Origin: Acidimicrobiaceae bacterium
GTDB taxonomy: Bacteria; Actinomycetota; Acidimicrobiia; Acidimicrobiales; RAAP-2
Direction: 5' to 3'
Assembly (NCBI GenBank): GCA_013044405.1
Contig: JABEUR010000067.1
Coordinates: forward strand, 4,440-68,439
Length of the DNA: 64,000 bases
This document shows, one piece after another, positions 1 to 7,754 of the stretch (position 1 is its first letter; each line of letters opens with the position of its first letter). Below the pieces are notes generated by a model. The model was not told the origin of the DNA. It searched no databases and saw only the letters and a program-made list of their open reading frames with translations. Made by a program: the position numbers and the translations under genes.

Positions 1-130
1 CTTTCACGCGGTGACCCTGTAGGGGAGAAGGTCCCTTTACCTACTCTGATCAGCACTGTTGCACGTATATTCACGGGTCACGCTTGCGTAGCAACGCGCC
101 CTCGTGCGTACCGGAACTCTCGTTGACAGC

Positions 131-817
131 TCAAAGGGTGATGCCGAGTCGTGTGAGGTAGCCCAGTCCCATCACGGCCGCCTCGCAGCCCACCTGCTCG
201 AGGGCGATGAGGTCTCGTTCGTCGCGAACGCCGCCGGCAGCCACTACCGCGAGCCCGCTCGCACAGACGCGCTCGTAGAGGGCGAGGTCCGGACCACGCA
301 TGGTGCCGTCACGTTCGACCGCGGTGACGTGCAGGCGTTGCACCCCCGAGCTGAGACATCGTTCCAAGGCTTGATCTACGTCCAGTCCGGTCGAGGACAC
401 CCATCCGCGTACGGCCAGACGTCCGTCCTTCACGTCAAAGGCGACCAGCAATCGATCTGCGAGCTGTTCGACGAAATCGGCCATTGCCTCGGCGTTGGTC
501 CAGGCGGCGGTGCCCACGATCACCCGTTGGGCTCCGGCGTCGATGGCGGCCAGGGCGGCGCCGGGTGAACGGATCCCTCCCGAAACCTGAAGCGCGGTCC
601 CATTCGCCACGGCCGCGCAGCGCTCGATCACTTCGCGGCGCAAGGCTCCGTCGCGAGCGCCTTGGAGGTCGACAATATGCACGAGGGGAGGGTTGGTGGC
701 GATGATGCGACTCAGGAACTCCTCGATTGGCTGGCGAAAGATGACCCGGTCGAAGTCGCCCTGTTCGAGGCGTACGGCGTCGTCGCCGAGGAGGTCGAGA
801 GCGGGGATGACTTGCAT
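131..817 (-). CDS. hisA: ProFAR isomerase HisA (PriA-like)
   Basis: MQVIPALDL, HIVDL, QVSGGIR, VGTAA, RGW, RDGT, AGGV motifs; start moved to ATG at 817 within ORF 131..1117. Confidence 0.92.
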   Translation of the reverse strand: MQVIPALDLLGDDAVRLEQGDFDRVIFRQPIEEFLSRIIATNPPLVHIVDLQGARDGALRREVIERCAAVANGTALQVSGGIRSPGAALAAIDAGAQRVIVGTAAWTNAEAMADFVEQLADRLLVAFDVKDGRLAVRGWVSSTGLDVDQALERCLSSGVQRLHVTAVERDGTMRGPDLALYERVCASGLAVVAAGGVRDERDLIALEQVGCEAAVMGLGYLTRLGITL

Positions 818-824
818 AGAGACG

Positions 825-848
825 TAGCAGCATGTTAGCATGCTGATA
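825..848. promoter_or_regulatory. Palindromic operator (putative HisR site) overlapping divergent hisA/hisR promoters
   Basis: TAGCAGCATGTTAGCATGCTGATA, 24-bp imperfect inverted repeat (core CAGCATG-TTAG-CATGCTG, 828-845); contains -10 TAGCAT 6 nt before the ATG at 848. Confidence 0.7.
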
Positions 849-1162
849 TGACGAGTGGCAAGGTTGTTTCTGCAGGGTCCCACGCCGAGACCGCAGCGCG
901 TTTCGACGAACTGGTTTCGGCGTTCGCTGGACTGCGAAAGTCCGAAGCGACGGCGGCCTTTCTTCGCGACCTCTGTACGACGACCGAGCTCGACGCTATG
1001 GGTCAGCGCCTCCAAGTCGCCCGTTTGGTGGACGAGGGCGTTGCGTACCAGGAGATCTCGCGTCGTACCGGCGCATCGACCGCCACCATCACTCGCGTGG
1101 CCCAGTGGCTCCATCACGGCGAAGGCGGTTATCGGGCTGTCTTGAAGTGGAAGCGTCGATGA
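848..1162 (+). CDS. YerC/YecD TrpR-like repressor (HisR-type regulator)
   Basis: FLRDLCTTTEL..MGQRLQVA..Y.EI...TGASTATITRV...L.HGEGGY signature; first gene of his operon; ATGA overlap with hisG. Confidence 0.88.
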   Translation: MTSGKVVSAGSHAETAARFDELVSAFAGLRKSEATAAFLRDLCTTTELDAMGQRLQVARLVDEGVAYQEISRRTGASTATITRVAQWLHHGEGGYRAVLKWKRR

Positions 1163-2016
1163 CGCGCCGACTCACGATGGCCCTGCCATCCAAGGGGCGG
1201 CTTCGCGAGCCGTCTTGGTCGTTGCTCGAAGCGAGCGGCGTGTCGCCCCAGGAGCCCGGAGAGCGTGTCTTGCAGTCGCACTGCCTGAACGCCGATATCG
1301 ACCTCCTCTTCGTTCGCGCGGACGACGTGCCCGAATACGTTCAAGACGGTGTGGTCGACTGCGGCATCACTGGGCTCGACCTCGTACACGAACGCGGTGC
1401 GGACGTCGAGGTGCTGTTGCGATTGGGCTATGGCAAGTGTTCCCTGCAGGCCGCGGTCTCGATCGAAGACGGTGCCCAAGGGATCGAGGACCTGAAGGGC
1501 CGTCGGATCGCTACCTCGCACCCGCGCATCGCCGCGCAGGTCCTCGAGGATCTCGGCATCGAGGCCGAGCTGGTACAGGTCACGGGCTCGGTGGAAATCT
1601 CCCCACGTCTCGGACTCGCCGACGCCGTGATCGACTTGGTTTCGACGGGAAGTACGCTGCGCACCAACGGCCTACGTTCGATCGGTAAAATCTTCGACTC
1701 CGAAGCCGTTCTCGTCGGGCGAAGTGGATCGACCGACTTCGAAGCTCGCCGCACACTGACGATGGTTCTGGGCTCAGTCATCAACGCTCGGGCCAATCGC
1801 TACCTGTTGTTCAACGTGCGAAAGGAACTTCTCGACGAGGTGACGGCACTGCTGCCGACGAAGGGTTCGCCCACGGTCATGGACCTGGCGACCTCGGGGG
1901 TGGTGGCGGTGCACGCATTGGTACCCGCGTCGATCATCTGGTCCCTGCTACCAAAGCTTGAAGCCTGCGGTGCGAGTTCGATTCTCACACTGCCCGTAGA
2001 ACGGATGGTCCCGTGA
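1159..2016 (+). CDS. hisG: ATP phosphoribosyltransferase, long form
   Basis: ALPSKGRL, VRADDVP.YV.DG..DCGITGLD, GSVE.SP.LGLADA..DLVSTG.TL..NGL, C-terminal regulatory domain. Confidence 0.95.
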   Translation: MTRRLTMALPSKGRLREPSWSLLEASGVSPQEPGERVLQSHCLNADIDLLFVRADDVPEYVQDGVVDCGITGLDLVHERGADVEVLLRLGYGKCSLQAAVSIEDGAQGIEDLKGRRIATSHPRIAAQVLEDLGIEAELVQVTGSVEISPRLGLADAVIDLVSTGSTLRTNGLRSIGKIFDSEAVLVGRSGSTDFEARRTLTMVLGSVINARANRYLLFNVRKELLDEVTALLPTKGSPTVMDLATSGVVAVHALVPASIIWSLLPKLEACGASSILTLPVERMVP

Positions 2017-3071
2017 GCAAGCCTGTCCCGACCGATCGACCGGTCACGATTGAAGAGGTGGTGAATGACGTTCGAACACGCGGTGACGCCGCATTGGTCG
2101 AATGGTCCCAGCGCTTCGACGGAACCACGTCACCCTCGCCTCAGCGCGCGACCGCCTACGGGGACCTTCCAACGGCCGCGATCCTGGCCGCCGCGCGGGC
2201 CGTTCGAACCTGGCACGCCGCGCAACGCCCCCAGGACCTCACGATGGAGGTCTCGCCTGGCGTGACGCTCGAACGTCGCTGGAGTGCCCTTCGTTCGGTC
2301 GGCATCTACGTACCCACGGGTCTGGTCTCCTCGCTCATCATGTCGGCGGTTCCGGCCCAGGAAGCGGGAGTGGATCGTATTGTCGTGTGCACACCGCCCC
2401 GTGGAGCACCCGCCGTCGCTGCTGCGGCGGCGCTGTTGGGCATTGAAGAAGTATGGGCCGTCGGCGGAGCGCAAGCCATCGCCGCCATGGCCTACGGAAC
2501 CGAGTCGATCGCGCCGGTGGACAAGATTTTCGGACCCGGTGGAGGAGCGGTGAACGCCGCGAAGCTGTTGGTGAGTCGAGACGTCGCGATAGACCTACCT
2601 GCGGGCCCGAGCGAGGTCGTGGTGGTCGCCGACGAGGGATTCGACGAGGAGATAATTCAACAAGAACTCGCCGCCCAGATGGAGCACGGTCCCGACTCGA
2701 GGGCGAACGTGGTACGCGTTGGAGTCGACCTCGAAGCGGCGTTGGCCGAGATTGAGGGGTACGCCGCCGAGCACGTCGCGCTCTTGGGAATTCGTGCAGA
2801 GTCTCTCGCTCCCAGAATCCGCAACGCCGGTGCTGTCTTCGTGGGGCCGTACTCTCCGGTGCCAGCCGGTGATTACGCCACCGGGGCCAACCACGTCCTG
2901 CCCACGGGCGGGTGGGCCAAGTCAACCGGTGGGCTCGGACTCGAGGCGTTCATGAAGGCCGTCACGGTCCAACGCGTCACCAAGGAGGGGCTCGAGCGAC
3001 TCGCGCCGATCATCGAGGCCCTCGCCGATCTTGAGGACATGCCCGCTCACAAGTTGACGGCCCGACGATGA
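2013..3071 (+). CDS. hisD: Histidinol dehydrogenase (shortened, 352 aa)
   Basis: GIYVP, GGAQAIAAMAYGTESI, KIFGPG, DLPAGPSE, QMEH, AEH, GDYATG.NHVLPT. Confidence 0.93.
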   Translation: MSKPVPTDRPVTIEEVVNDVRTRGDAALVEWSQRFDGTTSPSPQRATAYGDLPTAAILAAARAVRTWHAAQRPQDLTMEVSPGVTLERRWSALRSVGIYVPTGLVSSLIMSAVPAQEAGVDRIVVCTPPRGAPAVAAAAALLGIEEVWAVGGAQAIAAMAYGTESIAPVDKIFGPGGGAVNAAKLLVSRDVAIDLPAGPSEVVVVADEGFDEEIIQQELAAQMEHGPDSRANVVRVGVDLEAALAEIEGYAAEHVALLGIRAESLAPRIRNAGAVFVGPYSPVPAGDYATGANHVLPTGGWAKSTGGLGLEAFMKAVTVQRVTKEGLERLAPIIEALADLEDMPAHKLTARR

Positions 3072-4588
3072 ACGATCCCGTTGCGCTCGAGGCGTACCAG
3101 TGGCCGCCCTCGAATGAGGCCATTGCCGAGAAGATCGGCATCGATCCGCGTTCGATCATCCGATTCGACGGCAACGTCGCACCGACCCCGCCAGCCAGTG
3201 CGCGTCCTGCCGCGCTCGCTCGTGCGCTAGCCGACGTCAATGAATACGATCGGGGCCGATACCAGGGGCTACGCGAAGCGATAGCACTTCGCCACTCGGT
3301 CGGTCTTGACCAGATCGCCCTAGGGGCCGGGAGCGACGAATTCATCGTCCTGTTGGCGCGCATCTATGCGGAGGGTGGAACGGTGGCGACGGTTCCGAGT
3401 TTCTCGTATTCGATGTACAAGTTCGCCGCGGCAATGGCGAACGCGCAACTCAGCGACGACGTTGAGGGCGCCGACCTCGTCTTTGTCTGTCGCCCCAACA
3501 ACCCCACCGGCGAGCTACCCGACATCCCCGAAGTGCGAGGCCAACTCGTCATCGATGAGGCGTACGCCGACTATGCGGGAGTCGACGCGCTGGATCGCAT
3601 TGGACAGGGCGCGATTGTGCTGAGAACCTTCTCCAAGGCCTTCGGCCTGGCCGGCGCGCGCGTGGGCTACGCAATCGCCAGCCCGCAGACCACCGCGGTC
3701 ATCACGTCGCGTCAGGCCCCACTGTCGGTCTCGTCGCTCTCTGCCTCGCTCGCGCTCTCGGCGCTTGGCGTACCGCTCGACGTATCGGGTCCGGTCGCTG
3801 AACGTGAACGCCTGGCGGGCGAACTCACCGCTCTGGGACTGACGCCCATCCGGTCGTTCACGAACTTCCTGTTCATTCCCATGGACAATCCCGTGGAGCT
3901 GGTCGACGCCTTGATGCCGCTGGGCCTGATCGTGCGCGCCTACCCCGGTGGGCTGCGCATCAGTGTGCGCGACGAGTTGGACGACGATGTCCTGCTCGAT
4001 GCCTTGAGCCACGTGCTCAGGGGCACACCACTCGCTTCACGCGAACTTCGTCATCGTCGTGCCACGGCCGAGACGCTGCTCAACGTGAGACTTCGGGTTC
4101 GCGGCGAGGGACGTGTCTTGGTGAACACCGGTTCAGGGTTCTACGACCACATGCTCCAGCAGCTGGCGTTCCACGGCGGAATGGATTTGCGACTCGAGGG
4201 AGTTGGTGACCTTGAGACCGGGGACCATCACACGGTCGAGGACATGATGCGCACGTTCGGTGAAGCACTCGACCAAGCGCTCGGGGATCGACGGGGTCTC
4301 ACCCGTTACGGCGAGGCGCGCGTACCAATGGACGAGGCACTGGCCCACGCGGTAGTCGACCTCTCGGGTCGCGCGACCGCCAATATCTCGATCAGTCCCG
4401 ATCCCGGTATGGCGGCCCACGCCTTTGAGTCGCTCGCTCAAACCGCGCGGATTACCTTGCACGTCACCGCCAGCGGTACGAACGATCATCACGTCGCCGA
4501 AGCTGCCTTCAAGGCCGTGGGTCGGGCTCTGGCCCAGGCCATGACGCGTGACGGCTCACTGGTTCGCTCGACCAAGGGTTCTCTGTGA
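3068..4588 (+). CDS. hisC: Fused histidinol-phosphate aminotransferase (HisC) / imidazoleglycerol-phosphate dehydratase (HisB)
   Basis: N-part: GSDE, PNNPTG, IDEAY, RTFSKAFGLAGARVGY; C-part from about nt 4040: TAET, TG.GFYDHML, GD..TGDHHTVED, PMDEAL, DLSGR, NDHHVAEAAFKA, STKG. Confidence 0.92.
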   Translation: MNDPVALEAYQWPPSNEAIAEKIGIDPRSIIRFDGNVAPTPPASARPAALARALADVNEYDRGRYQGLREAIALRHSVGLDQIALGAGSDEFIVLLARIYAEGGTVATVPSFSYSMYKFAAAMANAQLSDDVEGADLVFVCRPNNPTGELPDIPEVRGQLVIDEAYADYAGVDALDRIGQGAIVLRTFSKAFGLAGARVGYAIASPQTTAVITSRQAPLSVSSLSASLALSALGVPLDVSGPVAERERLAGELTALGLTPIRSFTNFLFIPMDNPVELVDALMPLGLIVRAYPGGLRISVRDELDDDVLLDALSHVLRGTPLASRELRHRRATAETLLNVRLRVRGEGRVLVNTGSGFYDHMLQQLAFHGGMDLRLEGVGDLETGDHHTVEDMMRTFGEALDQALGDRRGLTRYGEARVPMDEALAHAVVDLSGRATANISISPDPGMAAHAFESLAQTARITLHVTASGTNDHHVAEAAFKAVGRALAQAMTRDGSLVRSTKGSL

Positions 4589-5139
4589 GCGACGTCATCA
4601 TCATTGATTACGGTGCCGGCAATACTCGATCGGTCCGTGCCGCGCTCAGCCACTTGGGTCGCACCAGCACGCTGAGCAGCGAACCCGAGTTGATTGCCCA
4701 GGCTGAACTGGTGATCTTGCCCGGGGTCGGTTCGGCGAGCAGCGCTATGGAGCATCTCCACGAGACCGGGGCGGCGACGGCGTTGCACGCCAGGTTTGCC
4801 AGTGATCAACCCATCCTCGGTATCTGTCTGGGTATGCAACTGGCCCTGGAGACCAGTGAGGAGGATGGAGGCGTTGAATGCCTGGGCCTCCTCGAAGGCA
4901 GCGTTCGACGTCTGGACGTCGAGCGTGTTCCGAGACTCGGTTGGGCAGTGGTCGAACCGTGGGGCGACGCCTTCTACTTCGCGCACTCCTACGCCGCACT
5001 CTCGGCGCACTGCATCGCCACCTCGGACTCGATCTGTGTGGCGCTGCGTCACGGATCGTTCCTCGGAGTGCAGTTCCATCCCGAGAAGAGCGCCGCCGCC
5101 GGGCTTGCGTTTTTGGAAACATGCCTCTCGCCCGCCTGA
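4585..5139 (+). CDS. hisH: IGP synthase glutaminase subunit
   Basis: IDYGAGN, LPGVG, GICLGMQ, FYFAHSY, QFHPEKS. Confidence 0.95.
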   Translation: MSDVIIIDYGAGNTRSVRAALSHLGRTSTLSSEPELIAQAELVILPGVGSASSAMEHLHETGAATALHARFASDQPILGICLGMQLALETSEEDGGVECLGLLEGSVRRLDVERVPRLGWAVVEPWGDAFYFAHSYAALSAHCIATSDSICVALRHGSFLGVQFHPEKSAAAGLAFLETCLSPA

Positions 5140-5873
5140 TCCCCTGTCTGGACGTTTCCAAGGGCCGCGTCGTCAAGGGAGTCAGCTTCGTAGGTCTTCG
5201 CGACGTCGGCGACCCCGTCGAACTGGCCAAGTTCTACAGCGACGGTGGCGCTGATGAGTTGGTCTTCCTCGACATCTCCGCCACGCCCGACAACGAGTCC
5301 ACCATGACTTCGGTGGTGGCTCGAGTCGCTGACGTGCTCGAGATTCCCTTCACCGTTGGCGGAGGTGTGCGCAGCGTCCACGACGCCGCGCGGATCATCG
5401 AGGCCGGTGCGGACCGAGTGTCGCTCAACTCGGCGGCCCTTGCTGAACCAACGTTGATCACGATGATCGCCGAGCGCTACGGGAGTCAAGCGGTCGTGGT
5501 CGCGATCGACGCTGGCGACGGTGTTGTCCACACCCACGGGGGCCGCGTGGCGACATCGACCGCAACGATTCCCTGGGCCGTCGAAGCGGCCGAGCGCGGA
5601 GCCGGAGAGATTCTGCTCACGTCAATTCGCTGCGACGGTCAGCGATCGGGATTCGATCTCGAGCTCACGAGCGCCGTGCGTGACGCCGTGGGGATTCCCG
5701 TCATTGCTTCGGGGGGTGCCGGATCAGCGGTCCACGTCGCCAATGCCCTGAGAGTCGCCGACGCCGCCCTGGTGGCGTCGATCGTCCACGAGAACCCCCT
5801 CGGACTGCGCGCCCTACGCGATGAGGTAGAACGATTGGGGATCAAGTTGCGACAACTGAAGGAACCTCGATGA
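5121..5873 (+). CDS. hisF: IGP synthase cyclase subunit
   Basis: RLIPCLDV..GRVVKG, GADELVFLDI, PFTVGGG, GAGEILLTSI..DG, ASGGAG; start ATG 5121. Confidence 0.95.
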   Translation: MPLARLIPCLDVSKGRVVKGVSFVGLRDVGDPVELAKFYSDGGADELVFLDISATPDNESTMTSVVARVADVLEIPFTVGGGVRSVHDAARIIEAGADRVSLNSAALAEPTLITMIAERYGSQAVVVAIDAGDGVVHTHGGRVATSTATIPWAVEAAERGAGEILLTSIRCDGQRSGFDLELTSAVRDAVGIPVIASGGAGSAVHVANALRVADAALVASIVHENPLGLRALRDEVERLGIKLRQLKEPR

Positions 5874-6415
5874 GCGGACAACTACGAGCGGCCATCGTCC
5901 AAGACGACGCCACGGGACGTGTGCTGATGCTCGGCTGGATGGATGAGGAGGCGCTCGCGCTCACCCGTTCTTCGGGCTTCGTGCACTTCTACTCGCGTTC
6001 GCGTCAGAGACTGTGGAAGAAGGGCGAGTCATCGGGGAACACGCTGCGGGTGGTCGAAGTGGTTCCTGACTGTGATGACGACGCGGTGCTGGTTCGCGCG
6101 AATCCCGATGGACCGACGTGCCACGACGGCTCGACCTCGTGCTTCACTCCTTGGTTGTGGCGCAAGATCCTCCAACGTGAGGAGTCGGGTTCGCCGAGTT
6201 CGTACGTGGTGTCGTTGCTCGAAGAAGGCACCGCTCGGATCGCTCGAAAGGTCGGCGAAGAGGCCGTGGAACTAGCGGTAGCGTCACTGAGTGAAAGCGA
6301 CGAGCGCGTGATCGCCGAGGCCGCCGACCTTTGGTTCCATACGTTGGTGCTGCTGCGTAGTCGTGGACTGGACCCGGCAGCAATCGAGGACGAGCTGCGA
6401 CGCCGAGATCGCTAG
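5870..6415 (+). CDS. hisIE: Bifunctional PR-AMP cyclohydrolase / PR-ATP pyrophosphatase
   Basis: FYSRSRQRLWKKGESSG, DCDDD, GPTCHDG..SCF, then KVGEEAVE, EAADLWFH. Confidence 0.95.
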   Translation: MSGQLRAAIVQDDATGRVLMLGWMDEEALALTRSSGFVHFYSRSRQRLWKKGESSGNTLRVVEVVPDCDDDAVLVRANPDGPTCHDGSTSCFTPWLWRKILQREESGSPSSYVVSLLEEGTARIARKVGEEAVELAVASLSESDERVIAEAADLWFHTLVLLRSRGLDPAAIEDELRRRDR

Positions 6416-6510
6416 GTGTCGTGGTTGGCCCGGTGCGCCTCGGCGGGGCTGATAGAACCGTGAAGTCGTCACCAATAGGGCGTGGAGATTTCATTCCATC
6501 GTGCTCGTTA

Positions 6511-6528
6511 CTTCACCCGTGGTTAACC
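6511..6528 (+). promoter_or_regulatory. PHO-box-like direct repeat
   Basis: cTTCACC (6511) and GTTAACC (6522), 11-bp period, resembling actinobacterial PhoP GTTCACC units. Confidence 0.4.
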
Positions 6529-6549
6529 TGACACGTTTAAAAAGCAACC

Positions 6550-7662
6550 ATGACACTTTCCAACATTGCCCGAGGTGCCGTCCGTTCGCGGGTCGGCGCC
6601 GTAGTACTTGCCGCATCAGTTGCCTCACTTTCACTCATAGCGGTCCCGGCGGTTTCGGCCAATGGTGCCCAGGGCCCGACCCTGGTCGTGTATTCGGCCC
6701 AGGGCTACGACTCGGCCGTGGTGAAGGCGTACAACGCCACGCACCCCGGATTCACGGTGACTTTGAACGACAACTCGACCGGTCCCCTCCTCCAGCAGAT
6801 CCAGGCCGAGGGCAACCACCCCAAGTGGGGTGTGCTCTGGGTCGACGGGGCGACGGCCTTCGCCGCTCTCGACCTGAAGGGGATGCTCGTCAAGAACAGC
6901 GTGCCCAAGAACGTCAAGTTCAACGCCCTGGGCGCCGCCAACATCCCCGCGGACCGCAGTTTCACCCCCGCCAGTCTCACGGTGACCGGTGCGCTCTGCT
7001 ATGACTCGTCGCAGATCTCGGCCAGCCAACTGCCCTCGACCTGGGCTCAGCTCGCCGAGCCCGCGTACCAGGGTCTGTTGGGTATGAACGACCCCGCCCA
7101 GTCTGGTCCGACCTTTCCGATGATTGCCGGAGCCATGAGTTTCCTTGGTCACTACAAGAAGGGTTCGACCGCGCACGCGCTCAGCGTCGGTAAGTCGTTC
7201 TTCACGAGCCTCTCCAAGAACGGTCTCGTGGTGAATGCGACCAACGGTCCCACCATTGGCGCGATCCAGAGCCAGCAGATCAAGATGGCGATGATCCAGA
7301 GTTCGGCCTGCTACGGCAGCAAGCTCAACGGCAGCTTCCCGACGCTCGCGGTCAAGTACCTCAATTTCTCCGTGGCGCTGCCCGGCGTGATCGGAATCGA
7401 CGCCAAGATGCCCCCAGCGGTTCGGGCCGAAGCGGCGAAGTTCGTCGCCTACGTCATGTCCCCGAGGGGCCAACACGTGATGCAAACCGGCGACCCACAA
7501 GGTGACTCGTTGTTCTGGCCAACCATCGTCGGTGAGAAGCCGGCCAACAAGATCATCCCACCACTGGCCTCGGCCCACGCGATAACCATCAACCCCTACG
7601 TTTGGGGACCGCTGGAGTCGCAGATCAACACGTGGTTCGACTCCAGCATCGCCAACGGCTGA
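6550..7662 (+). CDS. ABC substrate-binding protein, AfuA/FbpA/PhnS family
   Basis: Signal peptide; LVVYS, STGPLL..I.AE..NPKW.VLW, MNDP.QSG motifs; precedes permease and ATPase. Confidence 0.85.
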   Translation: MTLSNIARGAVRSRVGAVVLAASVASLSLIAVPAVSANGAQGPTLVVYSAQGYDSAVVKAYNATHPGFTVTLNDNSTGPLLQQIQAEGNHPKWGVLWVDGATAFAALDLKGMLVKNSVPKNVKFNALGAANIPADRSFTPASLTVTGALCYDSSQISASQLPSTWAQLAEPAYQGLLGMNDPAQSGPTFPMIAGAMSFLGHYKKGSTAHALSVGKSFFTSLSKNGLVVNATNGPTIGAIQSQQIKMAMIQSSACYGSKLNGSFPTLAVKYLNFSVALPGVIGIDAKMPPAVRAEAAKFVAYVMSPRGQHVMQTGDPQGDSLFWPTIVGEKPANKIIPPLASAHAITINPYVWGPLESQINTWFDSSIANG

Positions 7663-7694
7663 TCCTGGATCAGTCGTCCCATCTAGCGCTCGAT

Positions 7695-7730
7695 GCGACG
7701 CCGGGGTCGGTGCAACGACCCGGGCGTCGC
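7695..7730 (+). terminator. Intra-operon stem-loop after SBP gene (attenuating or mRNA-stabilising)
   Basis: GCGACGCCGGGGTCG / CGACCCGGGCGTCGC, 15-bp stem with one mismatch. Confidence 0.65.
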
Positions 7731-7754
7731 TGGTGCGTTGGAAGGACCTAGCCG

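Noticed and set aside
818-1117. N-terminal extension of hisA over the regulator
   Set aside because: HisA homology starts at MQVIP (817); the extension is antisense to the regulator
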